Shown here piece by piece: positions 53,687-64,000 of a DNA stretch of 64,000 nt; position 1 is the first letter of the stretch; every line of letters begins with the position of its first letter. Below the pieces are notes generated by a model that worked only from the letters and a program-made list of their open reading frames with translations, ran no database searches and was not told where the DNA came from. A program made the position numbers and the translations under genes. The stretch is from Bacteroidales bacterium (GTDB lineage: Bacteria > Bacteroidota > Bacteroidia > Bacteroidales > WCHB1-69): NCBI GenBank assembly GCA_017549765.1, contig JAFYNM010000009.1, positions 8,390-72,389 on the forward strand, read 5' to 3'.

Positions 53687-53929
53687 ATGCCAAAGAAAGA
53701 TTTTTGGAAGAAAAACTTCAACAAGTATCATATTATCAGCATAGTTTTATGTGTTGGTCTGAGTATGATATATTGGGTGAAGGCTGGGCAGTTTTCTGAT
53801 AATTTTTTAAAAAAAAGTCCAGTATTGATGGTTATTTGGGGTGTTTTGACGGGTTATATTCTTTGCGATTTGGTTTTTAACAGCCAAAAGCGGAAAGAAG
53901 ATGAAAATAAACGACAAGAGCAAGAATAA
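53687..53929 (+). CDS. small two-TM membrane protein
   Basis: 80 aa with two hydrophobic helices and a charged tail. It starts 4 nt after the upstream stop. Confidence 0.5.
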   Translation: MPKKDFWKKNFNKYHIISIVLCVGLSMIYWVKAGQFSDNFLKKSPVLMVIWGVLTGYILCDLVFNSQKRKEDENKRQEQE

Positions 53930-53935
53930 AAAAGT

Positions 53936-53943
53936 TATCTTTG
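53936..53943 (+). promoter_or_regulatory. -7 box TATCTTTG for the MFS transporter gene
   Basis: Matches TAnnTTTG, 46 nt upstream of the ATG at 53989. Confidence 0.55.
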
Positions 53944-53988
53944 CGGCTTTGTATGAAGAAATCTATTATTCATTAAAAAATAAATTTT

Positions 53989-55725
53989 ATGACAGAAACA
54001 ATTAAAACTTTAAGAGACAATGCTGCCGTGCGTTGGCTGGCACTTTTGTTATTGGCTCTGGCCATGTTTTGTTCCTACATTTTCATGGACATCCTTTCGC
54101 CCATCAAGGACCTCATGCAATCCACGCGTGGTTGGGATTCCACCGCGTTTGGTACGATGCAGGGAGCGGAGACATTCTTGAATGTGTTTGTCTTCTTCCT
54201 TATCTTTGCCGGCATTATTCTGGACAAGATGGGTGTTCGTTTCACCGCCGTACTTTCCGGTGCGGTGATGCTCATTGGTGGTCTCATCAAGTATTATGCT
54301 GTGAGCAAATCATTTATGGGCAGTGGTGTGGAAGTTTGGTTCACCGAGCATTTGAATTACATTCCCGGTTTCCAAGAACTTGGTGTGGCACCTTTCTATG
54401 AGGGTATGCCTGCATCTGCCAAAGTAGCCGCTGTCGGTTTTATGATCTTTGGTTGTGGTGTGGAAATGGCAGGTATCACGGTTTCCCGTGGTATTGTGAA
54501 ATGGTTCAAGGGTCGTGAGACGGCCTTGGCTATGGGTTCTGAGATGGCTTTGGCCCGTCTGGGTGTTGCCACCTGTATGATTTTCTCCCCCTTCTTCGCC
54601 AAATTGGGTGGTACCATTGAGGTTTCCCGTTCCGTGGCATTTGGCGTTGTACTGCTTTGTATCGCCTTGATGATGTTCATTGTCTATTTCTTCATGGACA
54701 AGAAGTTGGATGCCCAAACGGGTGAAGCTGAAGAAAAAGATGATCCTTTCAAGGTGTCTGACATTGGCAAGATTCTCTCCTCTGGTGGTTTCTGGTTGGT
54801 AGCTTTGCTTTGCGTGCTTTACTATAGTGCCATTTTCCCGTTCCAAAAATATGCCGTCAACATGTTACAGTGCAACCTGACGCTCAATCCGGGTGAAGGT
54901 TTCTGGGCAGGTAGTAGTGTTACTATTATTCAATATTTGGTTATGTTGGTGGTCGCTGTGTGTTCTTTCACCAGCAACTTCTCCAAAAACAAATCCGCAA
55001 AAGTCGGTCTGATGGTATTGGCTGTTGTGGCTTTGATTATCTACTGTTGGATGGGTTATATGCGTGGCACGGCCGAGACTATCTTCGCCGTCTTCCCGTT
55101 GTTGGCAGTGGCCATCACGCCTATTCTCGGTAACTATGTGGATCATAAAGGTAAAGCCGCTTCCATGTTGATGATTGGCTCTTTACTGCTGATTATCTGT
55201 CACTTGACCTTCGCTTTCATTCTGCCGCAGTTCAAAGGCAGCGCTATTGGCGGTGTGATGGTGGCTTACATCACGATTCTAGTATTGGGTGCTTCCTTCT
55301 CTTTGGTGCCTGCCGCTTTGTGGCCGAGTGTTCCGAAACTGGTGGATGAAAAGATCATCGGTTCTGCGTACGCCCTTATTTTCTGGATTCAGAATATCGG
55401 TTTGTGGCTCTTCCCGCTGCTTATCGGCAAGGTGCTTGACAAGACCAATCCTGAAATTGTAGCTTCCATCGCTCAAGTTAAGGAAGATACTTCTGCAGCC
55501 GTGGCCAGCGGTTTGATGACTCCCGAGCAAGCTGCCGAGCAAGTACAGACAATTTCCGAGCAGGCAGCCGTTCAATACGACTACACCTGGCCGTTGGTGA
55601 TGTTGGCTTGCTTAGGTGTCGCCGCCCTCATTCTCGGTATCGTCCTGAAGGCTGTTGATAAGAAACAGAACCTCGGCCTGGAGCAACCGAACATTGTGAA
55701 AGAAGAGGTTCCCGCCGCTGAGTAA
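53989..55725 (+). CDS. MFS transporter (578 aa, 12+ TM)
   Basis: Polytopic hydrophobic profile with a central charged loop. The substrate is not inferable from the sequence. Confidence 0.75.
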   Translation: MTETIKTLRDNAAVRWLALLLLALAMFCSYIFMDILSPIKDLMQSTRGWDSTAFGTMQGAETFLNVFVFFLIFAGIILDKMGVRFTAVLSGAVMLIGGLIKYYAVSKSFMGSGVEVWFTEHLNYIPGFQELGVAPFYEGMPASAKVAAVGFMIFGCGVEMAGITVSRGIVKWFKGRETALAMGSEMALARLGVATCMIFSPFFAKLGGTIEVSRSVAFGVVLLCIALMMFIVYFFMDKKLDAQTGEAEEKDDPFKVSDIGKILSSGGFWLVALLCVLYYSAIFPFQKYAVNMLQCNLTLNPGEGFWAGSSVTIIQYLVMLVVAVCSFTSNFSKNKSAKVGLMVLAVVALIIYCWMGYMRGTAETIFAVFPLLAVAITPILGNYVDHKGKAASMLMIGSLLLIICHLTFAFILPQFKGSAIGGVMVAYITILVLGASFSLVPAALWPSVPKLVDEKIIGSAYALIFWIQNIGLWLFPLLIGKVLDKTNPEIVASIAQVKEDTSAAVASGLMTPEQAAEQVQTISEQAAVQYDYTWPLVMLACLGVAALILGIVLKAVDKKQNLGLEQPNIVKEEVPAAE

Positions 55726-55751
55726 TCCAATATTGCAATAAAATTAAAATC

Positions 55752-55788
55752 GGGAGACTCTTCTTTAATAAGGAGAGTCTCTCTTTTC
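55752..55788 (+). terminator. intrinsic terminator after the MFS gene
   Basis: The stem gagactct / agagtctc is followed by a T-rich tail. Confidence 0.6.
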
Positions 55789-55799
55789 TCTAACCCAAT

Positions 55800-56822
55800 A
55801 TGAAGAAAAAGACCGCCATCATTGTCATTGTCACCCTTTCGGTGCTGCTCGCCGTCACGACAGGAATCACGCTTTGTCTGGCCCTTGACGACCATCCGCT
55901 GAAGACGAAGCCCATTCCCAACTATTATGCCAACAAGTTAACATCTCCATATATACCGGAGAATATGATGTTTGCGGGAGAAAAAGTGCCGTTGGATGTC
56001 TATTATGTGCGCGAAGGGCTCGATCGCGAGCTGATCATCAACTGCTATCAGCACTCCAAGACATTGCGCATCTTCAAGCTTTCTGCCCGACTTTTTCCGG
56101 TGATAGAGAAGATCTTGGAAGAAGAGGGTGTGCCGGAGGATTTCAAGTACCTCTGTGTGGCGGAAAGCGGGCTGGAAAATGTGATCTCGCCCGCCGGAGC
56201 TGGCGGCTATTGGCAGTTCATCCCCGCCACCGCCAAGGTGTATGGTCTGACGGTCACCAACGACATTGACGAGCGGTATCATCTGGAGAAGTCCACTCGG
56301 GCAGCCTGCAAGATGTTGAAAAAGTGTCGCAACCAGTTTGGCAGCTGGACGTTAGCCGCGGCCGCGTACAATAGGGGAGAGGGCGGCCTCCAGGCGGCCA
56401 TCAACTCGCAGTCGTGCAACAGCTATTGGGACCTGTGGCTCAACGCCGAGACCTCCCGCTATGTATATCGCATCTTAGCTTTCAAGTTGATGTTCGACAA
56501 TCCTCAACTCTATGGCGTGGAACTCTGTCCTGCGCAGATGTACCAGCCCATCCCGACGGAGGAGATCACAGTCTCCTCCAGCATCGAAGACCTGCCGAAA
56601 TATGCACTTGACAAGGGAGTCACCTATAAAGAGTTGCGCGACCTCAACCCCTGGATTCGCAACAGCAAGCTGGTCGTGTCGTCCGGCAAGAGCTATACCC
56701 TACAGATTCCCAAAAAATCGAAAGACAATTTCCGGGACTTGTTCAAGCATGTGGAAAACCCTTTTTCGATGATCGGGGACACGATCCCAGCGTCCCTGAA
56801 AAATCCGAATGTAGGACAATAG
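55800..56822 (+). CDS. membrane-anchored lytic transglycosylase (SLT domain)
   Basis: N-terminal TM helix. SLT catalytic region VAESGLEN...AGGYWQFIPATAK...AAYNRGEGG. Confidence 0.8.
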   Translation: MKKKTAIIVIVTLSVLLAVTTGITLCLALDDHPLKTKPIPNYYANKLTSPYIPENMMFAGEKVPLDVYYVREGLDRELIINCYQHSKTLRIFKLSARLFPVIEKILEEEGVPEDFKYLCVAESGLENVISPAGAGGYWQFIPATAKVYGLTVTNDIDERYHLEKSTRAACKMLKKCRNQFGSWTLAAAAYNRGEGGLQAAINSQSCNSYWDLWLNAETSRYVYRILAFKLMFDNPQLYGVELCPAQMYQPIPTEEITVSSSIEDLPKYALDKGVTYKELRDLNPWIRNSKLVVSSGKSYTLQIPKKSKDNFRDLFKHVENPFSMIGDTIPASLKNPNVGQ

Positions 56823-56858
56823 CCAAAGAATAAAAACAATAGACAAAAATAGACCATC

Positions 56859-58532
56859 ATGAAATATATCATTATCGGTGGCGTGGCGGGAGGTGCTTCC
56901 GCAGCTGCCAGACTGAAAAGAATACAGGAACAGGCTGAAATCGTCCTCTTCGAGAAGGGTGAGTACATCTCATACGCCAACTGCGGCTTGCCCTACTACA
57001 TAGGCAACACTATCGAGGACCGCAAGAAGCTCTTTGTGCAGACGCCCGTCTCCTTTGGCAACCGTTACGATGCAGACGTGCGCACCATGAACGAGGTCAT
57101 GGCCATCGACAGAGACCGCAAAATGGTGAAGGTAAAGAATTTGCGTAATGGCAAAGAGTATGAGGAGTCTTACGACTGTCTGTTGCTGTCGCCTGGCGCG
57201 CTGCCGGTGGTGCCCAATCTGCCTGGCATCGATCTGCCGCATATCTACACGTTGCGCAACGTGCCCGACTGTGATCAGATCAAGCAGCGGGCCATCGAGC
57301 AGCTGAAAGAGGGTGCTTCGGCGGTCATCATCGGCGGTGGCTTTATAGGCTTGGAAATGGCTGAAAATCTGCAAAGAATTGGCTATCAGGTGACTATTAT
57401 AGAGAAGGCCCCCCAAGTGCTGACGCCTTTGGACTGGCCCATGGCCGCCATTGTGCAGCAGCATCTGATCGACAAAGGCGTGCGGGTGGTCACGAACACA
57501 GCATTAAAGGGATTTCAGTACCAGGAGGGCCGGCTGGAAGTCCTAACCGATCGGTCAGAGTTATATCCCTGCGACATGGCCATCTTGAGTATCGGTGTGC
57601 GTCCGAACACCGACTTAGCCCAACAGTGCGGTCTGCAGATAGGAGAGAGTGGGGGAGTGTGGGTGGATGAGTACCTGCGCACCTCCGACGAGCACATCTA
57701 CGCGGTGGGCGATGCCATCGAGTTCCCGCATCCGGTGACGGGCAAGCCCTATTGCAACTTCTTGGCGGGACCGGCCAACGCGCAGGCGCGCATCGCCGCC
57801 ATGAACATGGTCTATCCCGAGAGTGTCCGCTACAATGGCTCCGTGGCTACGGCCATCGCCAAGGTGTTTGAACTGACCGCCGGCGCCACTGGACTCAACG
57901 AGCAACGGCTGCGTCAGGAGGGCATCCCCTTCCAGACGATCATCACGCACCCCGCGCCCCACGCCACCTATTACCCTGGTGGCGAGCCCATCCACCTGAA
58001 ACTCAACTTCGACCCCGAGACGGGTCGCATCCTGGGCGCCCAGGCTGTGGGCAAAAAGAATGTGGATAAGCAGATCGACATCATCTCGCTGCTGCTGAAG
58101 CACGAGGGCACCATCTACGATATGATCAACAGCGAGCACGCATACGCACCGCCATACGGCTCTGCCAAGAGTCCGGTAATGTTTGCCGGCATGGTGGCCG
58201 AGAACATCATGGCTGGTCTGATGAACCCCGTGCAGGCGGCTGAGTTGGATGCTATGATCGACCAAGGCGAGGACCTTCAGCTGGTGGATGTGCGCGAGAT
58301 TCAAGAGTACAAGACCGGCACCATCGCCGAGGCGGAGAACTGTCCGGTGGATGAGTTGCGCGAGCTGATGGAGGATCTGGACCCAGACAAGAAGACGGTG
58401 GTGTTCTGCGAGGTCGGCCTGCGCGGCTATGTGGCCGCCCGTATCCTGATGCAGTCGGGATTCGCCGAAGTGTACAACCTGATCGGGGGCATGAAGACCT
58501 ACCGGCTCATCGGTAAACATAATCGGGGATAA
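56859..58532 (+). CDS. CoA-disulfide reductase / NADH-dependent persulfide reductase with a C-terminal rhodanese domain
   Basis: IIGGVAGGASAA FAD motif, redox Cys in SYANCGLPYY, a second dinucleotide fold IIGGGFIGLE, and the rhodanese loop FCEVGLRG. Confidence 0.85.
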   Translation: MKYIIIGGVAGGASAAARLKRIQEQAEIVLFEKGEYISYANCGLPYYIGNTIEDRKKLFVQTPVSFGNRYDADVRTMNEVMAIDRDRKMVKVKNLRNGKEYEESYDCLLLSPGALPVVPNLPGIDLPHIYTLRNVPDCDQIKQRAIEQLKEGASAVIIGGGFIGLEMAENLQRIGYQVTIIEKAPQVLTPLDWPMAAIVQQHLIDKGVRVVTNTALKGFQYQEGRLEVLTDRSELYPCDMAILSIGVRPNTDLAQQCGLQIGESGGVWVDEYLRTSDEHIYAVGDAIEFPHPVTGKPYCNFLAGPANAQARIAAMNMVYPESVRYNGSVATAIAKVFELTAGATGLNEQRLRQEGIPFQTIITHPAPHATYYPGGEPIHLKLNFDPETGRILGAQAVGKKNVDKQIDIISLLLKHEGTIYDMINSEHAYAPPYGSAKSPVMFAGMVAENIMAGLMNPVQAAELDAMIDQGEDLQLVDVREIQEYKTGTIAEAENCPVDELRELMEDLDPDKKTVVFCEVGLRGYVAARILMQSGFAEVYNLIGGMKTYRLIGKHNRG

Positions 58533-58567
58533 ATTCCCATCAAAATAATCGGAAAATACTCAAAAAT

Positions 58568-58603
58568 GGGGATGAAGCAGGTCGCGTCATCCCTGTATTT
58601 TTG
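58568..58603 (+). terminator. weak hairpin after the CoADR gene
   Basis: The stem gggatga / tcatccc has an 11-nt loop and is followed by tgtattttt. It overlaps the next promoter box. Confidence 0.4.
58596..58603 (+). promoter_or_regulatory. -7 box TATTTTTG with no protein gene downstream
   Basis: Matches TAnnTTTG. It is followed ~90 nt later by a strong terminator. Confidence 0.4.
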
Positions 58604-58609
58604 CATCCG

Positions 58610-58717
58610 TAAATGAAACGATTTTGTGGGGGAGGAAATGGATGTGTGACAATGTTTGATTTTATAATATATAGTAAGTTGTTTTTTTGGACCGGCCTTG
58701 CGAGGCCGGTTTTTTTA
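58610..58717 (+). ncRNA. candidate ~100-nt small RNA (promoter box plus strong intrinsic terminator, no credible ORF)
   Basis: Bounded by the box at 58596-58603 and the terminator at 58689-58717. The only ORF (58613..58849) runs straight through the terminator. Confidence 0.3.
58689..58717 (+). terminator. strong intrinsic terminator (accggcc ttgcga ggccggt + T7)
   Basis: Read directly. Confidence 0.75.
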
Positions 58718-58731
58718 TCATGTATCATAAT

Positions 58732-58762
58732 AAAAAAAGGGCAACCCTGTATAGGATCGCCC
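58732..58762 (-). terminator. probable terminator of gap
   Basis: An interrupted stem gggc..cct / agg..gccc is followed by T7 in the minus sense. Confidence 0.4.
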
Positions 58763-58788
58763 GTTAGAGATCGGAAAAGAAAAACCGA

Positions 58789-61111
<2,323 letters not shown>

Positions 61112-61132
61112 AGCATGCCACAATCAAACATT

Positions 61133-61162
61133 AAAGAGCGTCTTAACGGACGCTCTTTTTTT
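61133..61162 (+). terminator. intrinsic terminator of ackA
   Basis: The stem agagcgtc / gacgctct is followed by T7. Confidence 0.75.
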
Positions 61163-61186
61163 GTGTCTATCAGCAAATGATTACTC

Positions 61187-61216
61187 AAAAAAACAGGCGC
61201 CTTTTGGGGCGCCTGT
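61187..61216 (-). terminator. intrinsic terminator of the C10 peptidase gene
   Basis: The stem acaggcgcc / ggcgcctgt is followed by T7 in the minus sense. Confidence 0.75.
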
Positions 61217-61240
61217 AAAGATATGATAGGGGAAAGCTGA

Positions 61241-63520
61241 TTATTGGATGATCAGCTTTTGGGTTCTTTGACCATTTTGAGACTTCAGATTCAAGAAGTA
61301 GATGCCTTCGGAGAGGTTGTTGGTTTGAATCTGGAACACTTGTTCGCCGCCATTGTAGTTGAATTGGTCAGTAGCCACCGTCTTGCCAGCCATATCAACG
61401 ATGGTAGCATAGATGGTCTGAGCCTCTTCGGCGGTGACGGAAACATTCACAAAGGTGTTGGCGGGGTTCGGATAGACGTTCACTTCCATGTTTTTGAAGT
61501 TGTCTATGCCAACATGGCTGGTATGATAGTTTAATACGAAGCCAGTACCTTCCTGGTCGTTGTCGGAACCGAAGCGCACATAAAGCTTGGTTGCGGGAAG
61601 AGCGTAGTAGTCGGTAGCCAAGGAAGCGGCGTTGTTGATGTCAAAGTGACGATACAAGACAGGGGCGGAAGTGGAGGTGTAGTCATAGACATCCACGAAA
61701 TCGCCAGCCTTCAAGTCAAACTTGCTGAAGGAGAACACGTATGCCGTAGCGCCGGAAGGACGGATTTGCCAACCACAGGTCTGGCTCGGACGATAGGGAT
61801 TGTCGTTGTTGATAGCATTGCCCGGTTTGTCGGAGATGGTGCCGCTTTCAGAGGTCATCATTTGCATGTTGGAGCAAGCGGTGGCGCTGGAAGCATAAGA
61901 GGTGGCTTCAAAGTTCAGCACGAAACCATAGTCAGTTTCGGAGTTGGCGGTGGAGGTGAAGGTGATCAGCACACTGTCTGCGGTGACGGTGAGGGCGCTC
62001 GGAAGGCTTTGTCCCACATAGTCGCCGGCAATGCCGCCGGAAACGCTGCTGTAGTCGGAGCAAGCTGCCATCAGGTAGTCGCCGCTGTAGGATTGTTTGA
62101 TACCGGAGGCTTCGGTGCCGCCGTTGTAGATGTTCACTTTGTCACCAGCTTTCACTTTCAGTTTGGAGAAAGAGAAGCGGTATGCCGTGGCGTTTGGAGA
62201 GGAGACCACCCATCTGCGGTTGGAGTTGGGGGCATATTTCATGTTGCCGGCACCGTCGCTGATAGAACCTATGCTGGCAGTGATTCTCGTGTCGCTGATA
62301 GCGGGTTTCTCAATGTTGGCAGAGTCGGGCATCAGATTGACCATCATGGTGTTGGAGCCAGACTCGTTGAAGTTGCCGGAGTGGGTGTTCTGGTTGGTCA
62401 GCAAGAAGTAACCATTGTCATAGCCACCCCAGCCCCAGTTGATGTGGAAATAGTAATTCGTAGAAGTGGAGTCGGAAATGGTGGTGTAGCCATCCACAAT
62501 CCAGGCGTGACCGCCATCGGTGGCGTTGCGGCCGCTGAAGAACAACGGACGATATTGATTCAGTTCGTTGACGGCTTGTTGAATCCACAAGTAGGTCAAG
62601 TCGGAAGAGGGAGCCACGTCCTCGATGTTGGAGAATTTAGCACCGGGAGCGAAGCGATAGAAATCCTCCAATGCATCCATGGCGTACTCGGATTGGGAAC
62701 CGGAACCATCATGACCGTAACCCATACGCACCGCCACACCACAATGGTAGAGCAGTTTGCTCAGTTCGCCATTGTAGGAGGAGAGAGAGTTGGTCATATT
62801 GTTGTAGTTGTAGGTCGAGTTGCCGTAGTTGACAATTTGAGGAGGATAGGTGTACAACAGGTTACCGTCATCATCATACTCTTTAGGAATGTAGTAGAGA
62901 GAGCCGGTACCGTTCTCCGGGTAGCGATAGTAATAGAGGATATTGGCCATAGTCAACGCCACACAACCTACATAGGCGCGCATGTCGATGTCCAAGTCAC
63001 TCAGCGGGTTGTAAGGACATTGGCCGTTATAATAGGTGTCCTGATTCCATCTGGTGGTCACCAACGGTTGCACACAGGGGTTGCCCTTGGCTTGACGGGT
63101 GATGGTGAAGTTGTCGCGGGTATAATAATCCCAGCTGGCTTTTGCGGAGCTGACAGTGGAAGGATTTTCAATCAGATAGGTCAGTTCTTCCTTGTATTGG
63201 GTACAATAGAGATCCACGCCAGTACCTGATTTGAAATTGCTCTCCAAAGAGTAGGCCAAAACCGGGGTGGCCATATCCGTTGCGGAGACAATCATAAAGC
63301 CTTTATCACCAACTTGGAAACGATAATAGACGGGTTCGCCCGTTGCGGTATATTCCGTATAAACGAGCGTAAGATCCATTCCTTTGGCATCCGATACGCC
63401 CGTACGTTCGGAGAGGAAGTTTTTGGATGCTTTCATAGCGGTTTCCACAGGGATGACGTGAGAAGCGAAACCCCACAAGGAGACTGCCAAAAGACAAACT
63501 AAAAGAGTAATTTTTTTCAT
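61241..63520 (-). CDS. C10-family (streptopain/interpain-like) cysteine peptidase with two CUB-like domains and a T9SS CTD
   Basis: Signal peptide and an Spi-inhibitor-like prodomain (VYYRFQVGDKGFMIVSATD). Catalytic Cys in YVGCVALTMANILYYYRYP and catalytic His in GGHAWIVDGY. Two ~120-aa beta modules. The CTD is VNVYPNPANTFVNVS...GIYFLNL. Confidence 0.85.
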   Translation of the reverse strand: MKKITLLVCLLAVSLWGFASHVIPVETAMKASKNFLSERTGVSDAKGMDLTLVYTEYTATGEPVYYRFQVGDKGFMIVSATDMATPVLAYSLESNFKSGTGVDLYCTQYKEELTYLIENPSTVSSAKASWDYYTRDNFTITRQAKGNPCVQPLVTTRWNQDTYYNGQCPYNPLSDLDIDMRAYVGCVALTMANILYYYRYPENGTGSLYYIPKEYDDDGNLLYTYPPQIVNYGNSTYNYNNMTNSLSSYNGELSKLLYHCGVAVRMGYGHDGSGSQSEYAMDALEDFYRFAPGAKFSNIEDVAPSSDLTYLWIQQAVNELNQYRPLFFSGRNATDGGHAWIVDGYTTISDSTSTNYYFHINWGWGGYDNGYFLLTNQNTHSGNFNESGSNTMMVNLMPDSANIEKPAISDTRITASIGSISDGAGNMKYAPNSNRRWVVSSPNATAYRFSFSKLKVKAGDKVNIYNGGTEASGIKQSYSGDYLMAACSDYSSVSGGIAGDYVGQSLPSALTVTADSVLITFTSTANSETDYGFVLNFEATSYASSATACSNMQMMTSESGTISDKPGNAINNDNPYRPSQTCGWQIRPSGATAYVFSFSKFDLKAGDFVDVYDYTSTSAPVLYRHFDINNAASLATDYYALPATKLYVRFGSDNDQEGTGFVLNYHTSHVGIDNFKNMEVNVYPNPANTFVNVSVTAEEAQTIYATIVDMAGKTVATDQFNYNGGEQVFQIQTNNLSEGIYFLNLKSQNGQRTQKLIIQ

Positions 63521-63570
63521 ATATGAAATTGTTTAGTTATTAATATTTTTCTTCTTTACCAAATGAGCGA

Positions 63571-63578
63571 CAAAAATA
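63571..63578 (-). promoter_or_regulatory. -7 box TATTTTTG for the C10 peptidase gene
   Basis: The plus strand reads CAAAAATA, 51 nt upstream of the start at 63520. Confidence 0.5.
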
Positions 63579-63657
63579 AAAAAAATTTTGAAAGTTGACA
63601 CCCTGTTAATATCTTTCGTAAAATATTTAATGTGAGTACTTTAAAAAAAACGGTCAA

Positions 63658-64000
63658 TTACAGAAGTTCGATATGGACGCCGGTTTGGTTGGTGACTTCT
63701 CCGATAATAGAAGCCTTTTCACCCAGGCTGGCGAATTTTTCGACAATGAGATCAGCGTCTTTGGGTTTGGCGATAAGGATCATGCCGACACCCATGTTAA
63801 AGATGTTGAACATCTCGCGGTGAGGGATCTGTCCGTATTTTTCGAGGAGGTGGAAGATAGGCAGGATTTCCCAGGAGCCTTCCTGGATATTGACGCCTTG
63901 ACCCTCTTTCAGCATGCGGGGGATATTCTCGTCGAAGCCGCCGCCGGTGATATGGCAGATGGCGTGGACGTCGAAGTCTTGGAGTATTTGGAGAACGGGT
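63658..64000 (-). CDS. purM: phosphoribosylformylglycinamidine cyclo-ligase (AIR synthetase), C-terminal part; the N-terminus lies beyond the window end
   Basis: The frame is open to the window edge. ...HITGGGFDENIPRMLKEGQGVNIQEGSWEILPIF...FNMGVGMILI is typical of the PurM C-terminal domain. Confidence 0.85.
   Translation of the reverse strand, partial: PVLQILQDFDVHAICHITGGGFDENIPRMLKEGQGVNIQEGSWEILPIFHLLEKYGQIPHREMFNIFNMGVGMILIAKPKDADLIVEKFASLGEKASIIGEVTNQTGVHIELL

Noticed and set aside
61646-63229. 527-aa plus-strand ORF inside the C10 peptidase gene. Similar long antisense ORFs occur at 33985..34848, 57615..58520, 30084..31001, 8523..9275 and 10395..11051.
   Set aside because: All are antisense shadows of well-supported genes. 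Their compositions are dominated by G/V/R/H/L, and there are no start-site or promoter signals.

Overview
This window looks like a chromosomal segment of a Bacteroidota genome, probably Bacteroidales/Prevotellaceae-like. The evidence is TAnnTTTG -7 promoter boxes in front of most operons, almost no Shine-Dalgarno sites, and several proteins ending in T9SS C-terminal sorting domains. Most of the window is ordinary core metabolism and cell biology. Recognisable genes are pruA, ltaE, rodA/mrdA, a polyprenyl synthase, glnA, ssb, polA, yggS, priA, ridA, an ABC-F ATPase, rsmE, nfo, gpx, guaB, carboxynorspermidine dehydrogenase, tRNA-Arg(CCU), mnmG, ybeY, rpiB, an MFS transporter, a lytic transglycosylase, CoA-disulfide reductase-rhodanese, gap, ackA and purM. 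Accessory content includes a 3108-aa multi-domain T9SS surface protein divergent from a gldB-like gene, a C10 cysteine protease with CUB-like domains and a T9SS CTD, and an SGNH-like T9SS cargo. It also includes an orphan CTD-only mini-ORF, an AT-rich lipoprotein/S8-protease operon at the left edge, and three LytTR-domain regulators. Two of those regulators are paralogous membrane-anchored LytTR + winged-helix fusions. I found no CRISPR array, integrase, transposase, phage genes or recognisable defence system. The most unusual signals are non-coding: (1) phased heptanucleotide arrays (TTAGNNN)n that begin exactly at stop codons at about six gene ends and place stops in all six frames; (2) a conserved 25-nt block attached to two of these arrays, just upstream of the yggS and ridA promoters; (3) a 224-bp element with perfect 24-bp inverted repeats next to the tRNA; (4) a G9 tract inside a promoter spacer; (5) a promoter-plus-terminator unit that looks like a small RNA; (6) a 630-bp AT-rich divergent intergenic region with iteron-like direct repeats. 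All functional calls come from motif recognition by eye, since no searches could be run.
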